From NCBI GenBank assembly GCA_963744145.1, contig CAVUSO010000001.1, forward strand, positions 7,040,001-7,104,000: a stretch of 64,000 nt of DNA. Reading direction: 5' to 3'. Below the pieces are notes generated by a model. The model made no database searches, was not told the origin of the DNA, and worked only from the letters and a program-made list of their open reading frames with translations. A program made the translations under genes and the position numbers. Shown here one piece after another: positions 18,766 through 30,489 of this stretch (its first letter is position 1; the number at the start of each line of letters is the position of its first letter). This DNA comes from an uncultured cyanobacterium (lineage in GTDB: Bacteria > Cyanobacteriota > Cyanobacteriia > Cyanobacteriales > CAWUOF01).

Positions 18766-20385
18766 TTGTTATCAATGTCCCTGCCTGAGAGTCCTTGCCT
18801 CAGCATTGCGATCGCCCGTCTGAAAACCGCTAGCTCAGAACACTTTGCGATTTGGGTTCTGGAAGCACCCTATCCTGGCGGTTACGTTCATCATGACTGT
18901 ATATGGCCGGAAACCTTAACCCAAGCTTGTCTAGCTTGGCAAGAAATGTTTTCCTCGTCCCATCCATCTGCGTCCATTCCCCAGCCCATTCTGACCTTTA
19001 ATCAAGAGGAAACTGGATTAGTTCCTAATCAAACACCCTATAGCAGTCGATTGATGCAGCATTTAGGGATTAGTTTTTGGGAATGGCTCTTTGCTGGTTC
19101 GATCCAAAGTAGTCTCAACCAAAGTCAAGGTTTTGCTAGTGGTCAAAATAAACCCCTCCGGTTGCGGCTAAATCTACGTGATCCTGATTTAATCGGGTTA
19201 CCCTGGGAAATCATGCAGCCCCAAGCTGGCAAACCAGCAGTTTCCCTCAACCAATATTTACTATTTAGTCGGACTACTAGCGATGTCGATCCACTTCCGG
19301 ATTTGCGAAATGACCAAGTGCTAAATATTTTGCTGGTTTTAGGGCAAAATCCAGAAACTAAAACTAACCCAGTCGGATTACAACTGGAATTAGAGGCAAA
19401 TTCTCTCCTCGAAGTCTTAAAAAATAGCTCCCAAACAAATTTAAACAATGATGAGAACGTTTCCTTGATTCCCTGTAAAGTAGATAAACTGGAAATGCCT
19501 ACCCCAGCCGAGCTAATTTCTCGTCTAGAAACAGGAGAATATAATATATTTTTCTATGCCGGACATGGTGAAAGTGCGCCGGACGGTGGATTATTATTCT
19601 TAAGATCAGATGCTACCCTCAATGGCACTGAATTAGCCCAGGTACTTACTCGCTGTCGCGTCACATTAGCGGTATTTAATGCTTGCTGGGGTGCCCAACC
19701 AGATTATCACAACCATCAAGCTGTACCAAGAAGTAGTTTAGCCGAAGTATTAATCCATCATGGTGTACCTGCGGTATTAGCAATGCGTGATCAAATTGCT
19801 GATCAAGAAGCTTTAAGTTTTATTAAAGCTTTTACCCAAGCACTAGCAAAACCAGTACCAATCGATCAAGCAGTGGCGATCGCCAGACAACAACTATTAA
19901 CTCTTTATCGCTTTAATCAACCAGCTTGGACTTTACCAGTCCTCTATATGCACCCAAAGTTTGATGGAGAATTAATTCATGTTTATGATGATAGTTTAAC
20001 GGAACTACCTACTAATTCTCAGATTGGGATGGAAGGGCGTTTTCCTAAAGCTAGTTTGCGATCGCTAACTCCTCCAATTACAGTCTGGCAAATTCGGACC
20101 GGGGTTGCGAAAGTCGGACGTCAACAAGACAATGATATTGTCATCCGTGAGCAATGGGTTTCTAAAAAACACGCGGAAATTTTCTGTCGAGATGTGGTGT
20201 TGGGAGTAAATTCCCAACCAACTTATTTTCTCCGGGATTTTTCTAGTTATGGCACCCTCATTCTTGGTCCAGATGGTTGGCAAAAAATTCATCATCAGGA
20301 AGTACCTTTACACTCAGGGATACAGCTTAAATTTGGTAGTTCCCAGGGTCAAGCTTTAGAATTTATCATGGAAAATATCACTTAA
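18766..20385 (+). CDS. CHAT (caspase-like) domain protein with C-terminal FHA domain
   Basis: LPWEIM, FYAGHG and FNACW dyad; FHA motifs VGRQQDND, VSKKHAEI, LRDFSSYGT. Confidence 0.88.
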   Translation: MLSMSLPESPCLSIAIARLKTASSEHFAIWVLEAPYPGGYVHHDCIWPETLTQACLAWQEMFSSSHPSASIPQPILTFNQEETGLVPNQTPYSSRLMQHLGISFWEWLFAGSIQSSLNQSQGFASGQNKPLRLRLNLRDPDLIGLPWEIMQPQAGKPAVSLNQYLLFSRTTSDVDPLPDLRNDQVLNILLVLGQNPETKTNPVGLQLELEANSLLEVLKNSSQTNLNNDENVSLIPCKVDKLEMPTPAELISRLETGEYNIFFYAGHGESAPDGGLLFLRSDATLNGTELAQVLTRCRVTLAVFNACWGAQPDYHNHQAVPRSSLAEVLIHHGVPAVLAMRDQIADQEALSFIKAFTQALAKPVPIDQAVAIARQQLLTLYRFNQPAWTLPVLYMHPKFDGELIHVYDDSLTELPTNSQIGMEGRFPKASLRSLTPPITVWQIRTGVAKVGRQQDNDIVIREQWVSKKHAEIFCRDVVLGVNSQPTYFLRDFSSYGTLILGPDGWQKIHHQEVPLHSGIQLKFGSSQGQALEFIMENIT

Positions 20386-20566
20386 TTACCGATGACAGTG
20401 AATTAAATAAAAGCTTTCAAATCTCGAAAATTAAGGAGTTTATAGCGAAATATCTAGAGGCATAAATTATGCTAATAATTCATTAAAATAGTTCTTAAAC
20501 ATCATGGACAAAACTAATATTAATGTATAATTACATTTAGTTCAGCCTAGTTACTTCCCCAAACCA

Positions 20567-23500
20567 ATGACATTCATAGCTAATCGCGATCGCCATAATT
20601 TACCTAGCATTCCAGGTTACACCATCAGCGAACAACTTTATGCAGGTTCTAAGACCGTAGTATATCGAGCTATCCAAATTAGTCAACAGCGCTCAGTGAT
20701 CATTAAGATTCTCCGACAAGAATATCCCAGCTTTAGTGACTTAGTGCTGTTTCGCAATCAATATATTATTACCAAAAATTTGGATATCCCCGGTATTGTC
20801 CGACCTGTGAGTTTAGAACCCTATCAGAATGGCTATGCTTTAGTCATGGAAGATAGTGGGAAGATTTCCTTAAGACAATATTGTCAGCATCAGTCTTTAA
20901 CCTTGACTGATATATTAGAAATTGCTCGAGCAATGGCCAATATCTTACACTATTTACATGAGCATCGGGTGATTCATAAAGATATCAAACCGTCAAATAT
21001 TTTAATCCATCCTGATACTCAAGAGATCGAACTAATTGATTTTAGTATCGCTTCCTTACTACCGAAAGAACCTCAAGCAATGCAAAATCCAAATCTGTTG
21101 GAAGGAACTCTCGCTTATTTAGCACCAGAACAAACTGGACGAATGAATCGTGGGATTGATTACCGGACAGATTTTTATAGCTTAGGTGTCACATTATATG
21201 AACTGTTAACTAGACAATTACCCTTTCTTTCTAATGACCCTTTAGAAGTAGTATATAGTCATATCGCTAAAAATCCAATACCACTTGATCAAATTAATCA
21301 AACCATCCCTCCTGTCCTATCGGATCTGATCCTTAAATTAATGGCAAAAAATGCCGAAGAGCGATATCAGAGTGCTTTGGGATTAAAATATGATATCGAA
21401 CAGTGTCAGCAACAATTAGAACGCTGCGGAGAAATAGTTAGGTTTAAATTAGGAGAGCGGGATCTATGCGATCGCTTTATGATTCCAGAAAAGCTCTATA
21501 GTAGAGAAAAAGAGGTGCAAACTCTCCTCAATGCTTTTGAAAGGATTAGTAATGGGAAGACGGAATTAATTTTAGTAGCAGGAGCAGCTGGGATTGGGAA
21601 AACTGCTGTTGTCAACGAAGTTTATAAACCAATTACTAAGCAAAAGGGATATTTCATTAAAGGGAAATTTGACCAATTTAATTCCAATATTCCCTTAAGT
21701 GCGATCGCTCAAGCATTAGGAGATTTAATGGAGCAATTGCTCAGTGAAAGTGACAGCAAAATCCATCAATGGCGATCGCAAATATTAGCAGCATTAGGAG
21801 AGAATGGACAAGCATTAATTGAAGTTATTCCGGAGTTAGAAAAGATCATCGGTAAACAACCACCAATCATAGAACTTTCTGGAAGTGCCAGTCAAAATCG
21901 ATTTAATTTATTATTTAAAAATTTCCTTTATACTGTCGCTACTTCCATTCATCCTTTAGTTATTTTCCTGGATGATCTGCAATGGGCTGATCAGGCGTCT
22001 CTGACAATAATCGAACTGTTAATGACTGACAATCAAAATAGTTATTTATTATTAATAGGAGCCTATCGAGATCAGTCAGTTACTCCAACCCATCCCTTAA
22101 TGCAAACTGTAAGTAAAATGAAAAAATTAGGGTTGGCACTTGAGACGATTACCCTAGATCCCCTCACCTCAGAAAATATTAATCAATTAATTGCAGATAC
22201 GCTTAATTGTTCTGAAGAATTAGCCCAACCTTTGACAGAATTAATCCATCAAAAAGCTCAAGGAAATCCCTTTTTTACAAATCAATTTCTCAAATTTTTG
22301 TATACAGAAGATTTAATTAAATTTGAGCGAAAATTAGGAAATTGGCAATGTGATTTAAGGGGAGTGCGATCGCTAACTATCAGTGACAATGTGGTTGAAT
22401 TTATAGCATTTCAGCTTCAAAAGCTACCTCAAAAAACTCAAAAATTAATGCAAATTGCCGCTGTTATTGGTAATCAATTTGATTGGGAAACATTAGCAGT
22501 AGTATGTGAACAATCTCCGCTAGAGATTACTGCCAATTTGTGGACATCGCTGCAAGAAGGATTTATTTTACCTACCACCCAAATCTATAATTTTTCTTAC
22601 TCTCAGATTCCAGAAGAATTACCAAGAACAAATGATATTTTGGTAAGTTATCATTTTATCCATGATCGGGTTCAACAAGCAGCTTATTCATTAATTGCAC
22701 CAGCAGAAAAATCTGCTACCCATCTAAAAATTGGGCAATTGCTATTAGAGGGAACACCACCCGAACAACAGGAAGAAAAACTATTCGCAATTGTGAATCA
22801 ATTGAACCAAGGACGAGAACTGTTAGTAAATGAAAATCAACGACAAGAATTAGCTCAATTAAATCTCAGGGTAGGTAGAAAAGCCCAAACTGCTACCGCT
22901 TACTCAACCGCTTTAGAATACTTTAAAATTGGCATCGAGCTATTAGGGAATAACTGTTGGGAGGAAAAATATCATCTCACTTTAAACCTAGCTACCAGAG
23001 CAGCTGAATCAGCTTATCTTCATGCAGATTTTGCGGAAATGGAAAGATGGGCACAAACTGTCTGGAAAAATGCCAAATCTTTATTAGATCGAATTGGGAT
23101 CTCTAAAGTAAAAATCCAAGCATTAATGGCCCAAAATCAACCATTGCGATCGGTGGAGATAGCTCTAGAAATTCTGGCTAATTTAGGTATAAATATTCCC
23201 CCCGATCCTACGACCTTAGAGATCCAACAGGTGATGAGTGAAACTCGATCACTTTGTGAGGATAAATCAATGGAAGAATTGATGAATTTACCATTAATGA
23301 CCGATGCAGAAAAACAAGCAGCACTGGAGATATTAGGGCTGGTAATTCCACCCACAACTATAGCAAAACCTGCTCTTTTTCCCTTCATAGTTTGCCAACA
23401 AGTCGCGCTCTCAGTGGAATATGGCAACAGTTCTTTTTCCGCTTATGCTTATGTTAATTATGGGTTTATGCTTTGTGGGCTACCCAATATTCAATTGGGC

Positions 23501-26500
23501 TATAAATTTGGTCAATTAGCCTTAGCTTTACTAGAGCGTTTTCAGACTAAAGAACTAGAAGCAAAAGTCTTGGGAAGTTTTCATGCTTTTATCGGAGCTT
23601 GGAAGCACCATGCTCGCGAAACTTTGGCTGAATTCTTAAAAACTTATCACAGCGGGTTGGAAACGGGTGATGTGGAATTTTCCAGCTATGCAACTTGTTG
23701 GTATTCTCTTCATTCATTTTTCCTTGGTATTTATTTACCAGAACTAGAACGAGAAATATCAATTTACAGTGATTTTTGCCGTCAAATTAAGATCGAACCC
23801 ATTGTGGTTAAAAATGAAATGTTGCGTCAGGTTGTTGTCAATTTAATTGGCGGTGCAGAACATCCCCACTGTTTGAGTGGAGAGGTTTACGATACCCAAA
23901 CCATGATTCCTATTCATCAGCAAGCTGGAGATCTTACGGCGATCGGTTTAGCATATATTTATCAAGTTATACTTTGTTATCTGTTTGAGGAGTTTCCACA
24001 AGCTCTAGAAAATGGAACTCAAGCTGAAGTGTACTTAGCTATTTTTCCACCATTATTGATTGTACCTCTCTATCATTTTTATTCAGCTTTAACACAGTTA
24101 GCTCTTTATAAAACAGCAACAGAATCACAACAAAAAGTCATTTTTGAGCAGGTAGATCACCATCAAGAAAAGATGAAGTATTGGGCGGAAAATGCTCCAA
24201 TGAACTTCAAACATAAATATGATCTAGTGGCAGCAGAAAAATATCGAGTGTTAGGACAAAAAAGTCAAGCGATTAAGCTATATAACAAAGCTATTTCTGG
24301 AGCAAAAAAAAACGGATATATCCAGGAAGAAGCCTTAGCGAACGAATTGGCGGCTAAATTCTATCTCGATCGCGGTAGAGAACAAGCAGCAGCAAGTTAT
24401 ATGCAAGCAGCTTACTATGGATATGCTCGATGGGGAGCATTAGCCAAAACTAATCAACTAGAAGCCAAATATCCACACTTACTCCGACCAATTTTAGCCA
24501 AAAAAACAATCAACATTAATCCCCAAGAAACGATCGCTGCTCCTACTCTTACTACCCAAAAGTTTTCTAGCACTTCAAGTAGTAGCAGTAGCACTTCTCA
24601 ATTTCTGAATGTTGCCAGTATTCTGAAAGCCTGCTATGCTATTTCCAGCGAACTCCAGCATGAGCAACTAATTACCAAACTAACTGCGATTCTGATGGAA
24701 AATGCTGGTGCAACTAAATGTGCTTTGATTTTGCCCTCTGTTCCTGAATGGCAAATTGAAGCGATCGCAATTTTACAAGAACATGACCACCAGGAATACT
24801 TCCCTCAAGCACCCTTAGAAACTAGTACGGATATACCTGTTTCCCTGATTCGTTATGTGCGTAATACTAGAGAAACCTTAGCTTTTGATGATATTAACCA
24901 AATTGAACGCTGGAGTAGCGATCACTATATTCAAAGTAAAAAACCGAAAAGCATTTTGTGTTTACCGATTCTCAAACAGGAGCTGATGATCGGTATCCTT
25001 TATCTGGAAAATGATCATACCATCGCAGCTTTCACGGAACACCATCAAGAAATCCTCAAACTCCTAACTGCTCAAGTCTCTATTGCGATCGAAAACGCTA
25101 ACCTCTACCATCACCTAGAACAAAAAGTCGAACAACGCACCGAAGAACTCAAACAAGCTAAAATTGCGGCTGAATCCGCTAATCAAGCCAAAAGTGAATT
25201 TCTCGCTTCGATGAGTCATGAGTTACGCACTCCGCTCAATGGTATTCTCGGCTATACTCAAATTATGAAACGCGCTCAAGACCTGAATAGTCAACGTCAT
25301 GGATTAGAAGTAATCGAACAATCCGCTTATCATCTGCTCAATTTAATTAACGATATTCTCGATCTATCGAAAATCGAAGCACGTAAACTTGAATTAAATC
25401 CCCACGAAATTCAGCTTCCTTTTTTTCTTCTAGGTGTAGCCGAAATGGCACACATTCGCGCTCAAAACAAGGGAATTACTTTTCATTCGACCATTGATCC
25501 AAATCTGCCCAACGCTGTCACTGTCGATGAAAAACGTCTACGTCAAGTATTACTTAATCTCTTAAGTAATGCGATCAAATTTACAGATACAGGTGGGGTT
25601 ACTTTGGTTGTCCAAAAACTCCCTAATTTATTAGATTCAACTAACACGGTCAAACTACGTTTTGCTGTTCAAGATACTGGGATCGGAATCAGTCCAGAGC
25701 AATTACCTAAAATCTTCTTACCTTTTGAGCAAGTTGGTCATAAATCACGACAAGCAGAGGGAGCTGGTTTAGGATTAGCGATCTCTCAAAAAATTGTTAA
25801 ATTAATGCGTAGCAAAATTCAAGTCACGAGTCAACTCCACCAAGGTAGTATATTTTTCTTTGAATTAGAACTTCCCCTTGCTAACTTTGAGGAGTTATCG
25901 GTCAATCCACAGGGTCAAATTATCGGGTATCAGGGGGTGCGACATAAGATATTAATTGTCGATGATAAGTTAGTCAACAGAAAAGTATTACTAGAAACCT
26001 TAATACCTTTGGGATTTCATTGTCGAGAAGCGGTAAATGGAGAAGAAGGGTTAAAGGAAGCTCTGGATTTTCAACCGGACTTGATCATTACAGATTTGGT
26101 AATGCCCATTTTAGATGGTTTTGAAATGGTGCAAGAATTGCGATCGCGATTGGAGTTCCAAAATGTGATCATTATTGCTTGTTCTGCTAGTGTGGTAAGT
26201 AAAAAGCAAGCTAAAAATTTAAAGATTGGTTGTAATGAATTTCTTGATCAACCAATTGATTTTCAACAGTTGTTAGTTTATCTGCAAAAATATCTGAAGT
26301 TAGAGTGGATTTATCAGGAATTACCAACTTCTCTACAACCAGAAGAAGCAACTACCGAACTAGAGCTAGTAATTCCATCCTCAGTAGAATTAGAAGCACT
26401 GCTGAAACCAGCTAAAATTGGGGATATTACAGCAATTACTGAGGCTGTACATACTTTGATGGTAAGTAATCAGCACTATCGGGTTTTTGGGGAGCGGATT

Positions 26501-26608
26501 TTACAGCTAGCTGCGGATTTTGATGATGACGCGATCGTTCAATTAATTATGCAATATCTCCAAGATGTTGATACTCTCAGGTCTAAAGACACTGAGATTC
26601 TTGAATAG
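20567..26608 (+). CDS. Hybrid Ser/Thr kinase - AAA ATPase - GAF - histidine kinase - receiver protein; last residues supplied by an inserted IS end
   Basis: [48 protein letters not shown]. Confidence 0.93.
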   Translation: MTFIANRDRHNLPSIPGYTISEQLYAGSKTVVYRAIQISQQRSVIIKILRQEYPSFSDLVLFRNQYIITKNLDIPGIVRPVSLEPYQNGYALVMEDSGKISLRQYCQHQSLTLTDILEIARAMANILHYLHEHRVIHKDIKPSNILIHPDTQEIELIDFSIASLLPKEPQAMQNPNLLEGTLAYLAPEQTGRMNRGIDYRTDFYSLGVTLYELLTRQLPFLSNDPLEVVYSHIAKNPIPLDQINQTIPPVLSDLILKLMAKNAEERYQSALGLKYDIEQCQQQLERCGEIVRFKLGERDLCDRFMIPEKLYSREKEVQTLLNAFERISNGKTELILVAGAAGIGKTAVVNEVYKPITKQKGYFIKGKFDQFNSNIPLSAIAQALGDLMEQLLSESDSKIHQWRSQILAALGENGQALIEVIPELEKIIGKQPPIIELSGSASQNRFNLLFKNFLYTVATSIHPLVIFLDDLQWADQASLTIIELLMTDNQNSYLLLIGAYRDQSVTPTHPLMQTVSKMKKLGLALETITLDPLTSENINQLIADTLNCSEELAQPLTELIHQKAQGNPFFTNQFLKFLYTEDLIKFERKLGNWQCDLRGVRSLTISDNVVEFIAFQLQKLPQKTQKLMQIAAVIGNQFDWETLAVVCEQSPLEITANLWTSLQEGFILPTTQIYNFSYSQIPEELPRTNDILVSYHFIHDRVQQAAYSLIAPAEKSATHLKIGQLLLEGTPPEQQEEKLFAIVNQLNQGRELLVNENQRQELAQLNLRVGRKAQTATAYSTALEYFKIGIELLGNNCWEEKYHLTLNLATRAAESAYLHADFAEMERWAQTVWKNAKSLLDRIGISKVKIQALMAQNQPLRSVEIALEILANLGINIPPDPTTLEIQQVMSETRSLCEDKSMEELMNLPLMTDAEKQAALEILGLVIPPTTIAKPALFPFIVCQQVALSVEYGNSSFSAYAYVNYGFMLCGLPNIQLGYKFGQLALALLERFQTKELEAKVLGSFHAFIGAWKHHARETLAEFLKTYHSGLETGDVEFSSYATCWYSLHSFFLGIYLPELEREISIYSDFCRQIKIEPIVVKNEMLRQVVVNLIGGAEHPHCLSGEVYDTQTMIPIHQQAGDLTAIGLAYIYQVILCYLFEEFPQALENGTQAEVYLAIFPPLLIVPLYHFYSALTQLALYKTATESQQKVIFEQVDHHQEKMKYWAENAPMNFKHKYDLVAAEKYRVLGQKSQAIKLYNKAISGAKKNGYIQEEALANELAAKFYLDRGREQAAASYMQAAYYGYARWGALAKTNQLEAKYPHLLRPILAKKTININPQETIAAPTLTTQKFSSTSSSSSSTSQFLNVASILKACYAISSELQHEQLITKLTAILMENAGATKCALILPSVPEWQIEAIAILQEHDHQEYFPQAPLETSTDIPVSLIRYVRNTRETLAFDDINQIERWSSDHYIQSKKPKSILCLPILKQELMIGILYLENDHTIAAFTEHHQEILKLLTAQVSIAIENANLYHHLEQKVEQRTEELKQAKIAAESANQAKSEFLASMSHELRTPLNGILGYTQIMKRAQDLNSQRHGLEVIEQSAYHLLNLINDILDLSKIEARKLELNPHEIQLPFFLLGVAEMAHIRAQNKGITFHSTIDPNLPNAVTVDEKRLRQVLLNLLSNAIKFTDTGGVTLVVQKLPNLLDSTNTVKLRFAVQDTGIGISPEQLPKIFLPFEQVGHKSRQAEGAGLGLAISQKIVKLMRSKIQVTSQLHQGSIFFFELELPLANFEELSVNPQGQIIGYQGVRHKILIVDDKLVNRKVLLETLIPLGFHCREAVNGEEGLKEALDFQPDLIITDLVMPILDGFEMVQELRSRLEFQNVIIIACSASVVSKKQAKNLKIGCNEFLDQPIDFQQLLVYLQKYLKLEWIYQELPTSLQPEEATTELELVIPSSVELEALLKPAKIGDITAITEAVHTLMVSNQHYRVFGERILQLAADFDDDAIVQLIMQYLQDVDTLRSKDTEILE

Positions 26609-28060
26609 TCCAGAGTCTGAACTTCAAAGGCGCGTACAAAACACCTCTACTGATTTCACTTAGGACAAGCCCAAGATCCACCGCTACTTTTCTCAAAATA
26701 TTAGCCGCAGCATTCGCGTCAGCGTTGATTTTTATGCCATTAGAACTGACATACAAGCCACGTTTAACTCTTTTTCCTGATGCTGTCCATTCTGTGGGTT
26801 TTTCACCATAAGTTGGGATGGTATCAGCATCTAAAAAACTAGCTTTGCTGGTATAACTTTCTTCAGTTTCAAGAAACTTAATGCCGTACAAGGTACAAAG
26901 TTCTTGAAGCCTTGCTTTGAGTCTAGCCGTAGGGATTTGGACAAAGTTTTGATTAGTCTTTTGCCCTAGTTCTATCCCATCTTTTTGGCTTTTATTCCAA
27001 CCAAAAGCTAAAGTCCCGATGCGATTATTTAAACAGTGATTTATCACTAGCCGAGCGGCTTTGTTGATAGCGTCCCTCATCTGTCTATTCCGTTTCTCAG
27101 TCATTGCTGCCAAACGATTAGACCAAAAACCTTGAGGTTTATTAGCTTTGAGTTTAGCTACTTGTTTGTTGTACCATTGATTGACTGATTTTAGATGTCT
27201 GCCATCAATAATAAAACTTGTCCCTACATTACTAACGGCTGTCAACCAATTATTTAAACCGTGGTCTATCCCTAAGCATTTAGCTGGGTCTAGGACAGGT
27301 TTCTCAACTACAACTGGGTAGACGAATTCTGCATAAAAACAACCGTTTCTAGGGAGTATCCTGACCTCTCTAAGAGACTCAAAATCTAGGTTAGTTGGCA
27401 TTGGTAGGAAAAATTCTTTTATGCCAAACCAAGCATTGACCTGTAATCCTAAAGGAAATCTAATCTTTCCATCAATTAACCTTAGTGACCGTTTGGGATA
27501 GGCAACTAATTGATAGCCTCCTGGTTTTCGATAGTTGGGCAAGTTGGGTTTAGTTTCGAGTCTACCACTTAGCCAAAGTTCTCTTAACTTGGCGTAGGAA
27601 CTAATTGACTCACCTACTGCCATACAAGTTTGTGCTGCGGCATCGGATGGTAGAGCCGAAAAATGTACATTTTGAGTAAGATTTTTTACAATCTCAAACT
27701 TGGTCACAAATTTGTGAGCTTTAAACCAGATTTGACGAGCATAATAGGTAGCACAATTGTGTAGATTATTGGACTCTGAGCAAACGAATTCTAGTATTGC
27801 TTTTGTCTCTGGTTCGGCATTGATTAAATGCTGTTGAACACCTAACGGTACTTGGGGCTTTTTTTCTGTTTTCTTTCTTTTAACCATTTTTTGTTTCTTT
27901 TCTTTCTAATCTTAACTATAGCTTATGTTTGACAAAAAGCAAGTCTTTGTGATCAAAACAATGTTAAGATTAAGAAATATTTTCAGGTGGTTAAAACCAC
28001 TTGGGTCGTTTCCCTCTCAGGTCTAAAGAACCTGAGTTTCCCACTTACCATGTGTTTTTT
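26568..28060 (-). mobile_element. tnpA-less IS200/IS605-family (IS1341-like) element
   Basis: Shared subterminal hairpin CTCTCAGGTCTAAAGA..CTGAG near 26574 and 28014; right end finishes TCAA on the minus strand; no target duplication; excision restores an in-frame kinase end. Confidence 0.85.
26583..27887 (-). CDS. tnpB: RNA-guided endonuclease TnpB
   Basis: GIDHGLNN (RuvC-I), [17 protein letters not shown] (RuvC-III), KRVKRGLY. Confidence 0.92.
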   Translation of the reverse strand: MVKRKKTEKKPQVPLGVQQHLINAEPETKAILEFVCSESNNLHNCATYYARQIWFKAHKFVTKFEIVKNLTQNVHFSALPSDAAAQTCMAVGESISSYAKLRELWLSGRLETKPNLPNYRKPGGYQLVAYPKRSLRLIDGKIRFPLGLQVNAWFGIKEFFLPMPTNLDFESLREVRILPRNGCFYAEFVYPVVVEKPVLDPAKCLGIDHGLNNWLTAVSNVGTSFIIDGRHLKSVNQWYNKQVAKLKANKPQGFWSNRLAAMTEKRNRQMRDAINKAARLVINHCLNNRIGTLAFGWNKSQKDGIELGQKTNQNFVQIPTARLKARLQELCTLYGIKFLETEESYTSKASFLDADTIPTYGEKPTEWTASGKRVKRGLYVSSNGIKINADANAAANILRKVAVDLGLVLSEISRGVLYAPLKFRLWTIQESQCL

Positions 28061-28129
28061 ATGATTTAGAACTCTAGAAATCGGAGAACAACTAGAAAAA
28101 CCATGGGGAAATCTCCCCCCCAAAAAATC

Positions 28130-28486
28130 CTAATCTCCCCTCATTTCCTGTGCCAATAATTCCTTTAATAACGGCACTAGAGGAGGTAAATGATTTTGAA
28201 TCGTATTCCAAACTAATCTCTGATTCACTTGAAAATACTCGTGAGCCATCACATTTCTCATATCACCCATCAAACGCCAAGGAATCTGCGGATAACGAGA
28301 CTTAATTCCATCATCGACATTAACAGAAGCTTCACCAATAATGATAAAATTATAAAGAATCCCTTGCAGGATAATTTTTTCAACTCTCCTGAAATCCTCA
28401 AAACTCATTCCATCAATAGAACATTGAATGTGCTTGATCGCATCCAAAATATCCTGAACACGAAGTGGCCATTCCCTAGAGGGCAC
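28130..28486 (-). CDS. hepT: HepT-like HEPN RNase toxin (DUF86)
   Basis: IIGEA, PQIPW, RNVMAHEY (RX4HXY); overlaps the MNT gene. Confidence 0.88.
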   Translation of the reverse strand: MPSREWPLRVQDILDAIKHIQCSIDGMSFEDFRRVEKIILQGILYNFIIIGEASVNVDDGIKSRYPQIPWRLMGDMRNVMAHEYFQVNQRLVWNTIQNHLPPLVPLLKELLAQEMRGD

Positions 28487-28781
28487 GAATCGCCTCCTTC
28501 AGAACAGGTTCCCGCAAATGTTCCCTCAAAGCATCCTCAGTCCCTAAATCTACAGCACATCCGAAGAGATCCTCTAAATAGTGCTGTACTCGGAACAAAT
28601 CAAATAAACTTGCTTCTATGGAAAACTCTACTAAAAAGTCTACATCACTATCAGGTCGCGCTTCATTTCGTGCCACTGAACCAAACAAATCTAAAGACTT
28701 TACCCCCAAGTCGGTTAATTTATCCTTGTGGGCAGCTAAAATGGCTAGCACATCTTCCCGTTTCATGATCACTTCTACCAA
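28476..28781 (-). CDS. mntA: Minimal nucleotidyltransferase antitoxin (start possibly 28766)
   Basis: FGSVARNEARPDSDVDFLV (GSX10DXD). Confidence 0.88.
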   Translation of the reverse strand: MVEVIMKREDVLAILAAHKDKLTDLGVKSLDLFGSVARNEARPDSDVDFLVEFSIEASLFDLFRVQHYLEDLFGCAVDLGTEDALREHLREPVLKEAIRAL

Positions 28782-28940
28782 TAACTTACTTAGATTTTAA
28801 CACACTGCTTCCCAAAGTTAAGATGATTAATTCGATAGTTCCTGCTAGGTTTAGCGAATCACATCTTATTCCTTGTTTGGGTAAGGTCAGCGTTCCTGAA
28901 CTCTATGCTTTGCTCAATCCAAATCCTGTTAAACCACAAA

Positions 28941-29672
28941 TTAAACTGCCAAAAACCTTTGAATCACATCATTACTTAGTTCATCTGTCGAACCAGATGC
29001 TACAATTCCCCCCTTTTGCATCGCATAATACCAGTCAGCTTGTCGGACAAAATGTAAATGCTGTTCTACTAACAAAACAGAAATTCCTTTAGTCGCAATA
29101 ATTCGTTTTACCGCCGCTTCAATTTCAAGAATTATCGATGGTTGAATTCCTTCAGTCGGTTCATCTAAAACCAGTAATTGGGGCTGTCCCATTAAAGCTC
29201 TAGCAATAGCTAATTGCTGCTGCTGTCCTCCGCTTAAATCTCCACCCATCCGAGAAAGCATAGTTTTTAAAACCGGAAATAACTCAAATATTTCATCAGA
29301 AATTTCCGCTTTTTTAGGACGTTTTTTTCTAGCTTCCAACCCTAATATTAGATTTTCTTCAACTGTTAATCTGGGGATAATATCACGACCTTGGGGAACG
29401 TAACCAATACCCATTCTAGCCCGTTGATCAGGAGATTTAGAGACAATTGCTTGGTCACAAAAATTAATTGCCCCACTGCGGGGTGAAAGTAAACCGATGA
29501 GGGTCTTTAACAAAGTAGTTTTCCCTACCCCATTTCGACCGATTAAACAAACCATTTTCCCCGCTATCACACTCAAATCTACATCGCGAAGAATATGACT
29601 TTCACCGTAGTAAACATTTAAACCAGATATTTGCAGCATATTATTTATTTGGTAATTTATGTAATTGGACAA
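28941..29672 (-). CDS. urtE: Urea ABC transporter ATP-binding subunit (start probably 29639)
   Basis: GRNGVGKT, LSGGQQQQLAIARAL, DEPTEGIQPS; operon position. Confidence 0.93.
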   Translation of the reverse strand: MSNYINYQINNMLQISGLNVYYGESHILRDVDLSVIAGKMVCLIGRNGVGKTTLLKTLIGLLSPRSGAINFCDQAIVSKSPDQRARMGIGYVPQGRDIIPRLTVEENLILGLEARKKRPKKAEISDEIFELFPVLKTMLSRMGGDLSGGQQQQLAIARALMGQPQLLVLDEPTEGIQPSIILEIEAAVKRIIATKGISVLLVEQHLHFVRQADWYYAMQKGGIVASGSTDELSNDVIQRFLAV

Positions 29673-29684
29673 CTAAATACCTTT

Positions 29685-30440
29685 TTAAGCAGCTTCGCTT
29701 TCTGGTTTACCTAAATAAACCTCAATCACACGCGGATCGTTTTGCACCTCATCCATACTTCCTTCACACAAAACCGAACCCTGATGCAAAACTGTTACCT
29801 TTCTCGCAATTTGTCTCACAAACTCCATATCATGTTCAATTACTAAAACTGAATGACTTTCCGCTAAAGAAATCAACAGATCGCCAGTTAAAACCGTCTC
29901 TTCATCAGTTAAACCTGCTACCGGTTCATCTACTAATAATAAATCGGGAGATTGGGCTAATAACATGCCAATTTCTAACCATTGTTTTTCACCATGAGAA
30001 AGTAACCCAGCCGCAATATTAGCTTTAGCAGATAAGCCAATAGTTTCTAATAAACCTGCTACCGTGCGTTTTTCAGTAACAGGGGGACGCTGAAACAGGG
30101 TAGAAAAAACATTTTTATTGCGGTTACAAGACAGTTCTAAATTTTCAGTTGGCGTTAAATTTAGATAAACTCGTGGCGTTTGAAACTTCCGACCAATGCC
30201 GAGACGAACAATTTGATATTCCGGCAATTTGCGTAAGTTTTTTCCTTTAAATATCACTCGTCCTTCGGTTGGCTGAACTTTACCAGTAATCACATCTAGA
30301 AAGGTTGTTTTTCCAGCACCATTAGCACCAATTAACACTCTTAATTCACCGGCATCCATGCTGAAATTTAGCCCATTCAGTGCCTTAAAACCATCAAAAC
30401 TAACACTCAAATTCTCAATCTCTAAAATTTTCTCATTCAT
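29685..30440 (-). CDS. urtD: Urea ABC transporter ATP-binding subunit
   Basis: GANGAGKT, LSHGEKQWLEIGM, VIEVYLG. Confidence 0.93.
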   Translation of the reverse strand: MNEKILEIENLSVSFDGFKALNGLNFSMDAGELRVLIGANGAGKTTFLDVITGKVQPTEGRVIFKGKNLRKLPEYQIVRLGIGRKFQTPRVYLNLTPTENLELSCNRNKNVFSTLFQRPPVTEKRTVAGLLETIGLSAKANIAAGLLSHGEKQWLEIGMLLAQSPDLLLVDEPVAGLTDEETVLTGDLLISLAESHSVLVIEHDMEFVRQIARKVTVLHQGSVLCEGSMDEVQNDPRVIEVYLGKPESEAA

Positions 30441-30489
30441 AAATTTCTTAGTAGTTAGTCGTTGCTTGTTAATTTTCAGAATCTAACAG

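Noticed and set aside
18766..20385. hetF assignment
   Set aside because: Shares the CHAT fold but is shorter, has an FHA domain and lacks the HetF N-terminus as I recall it
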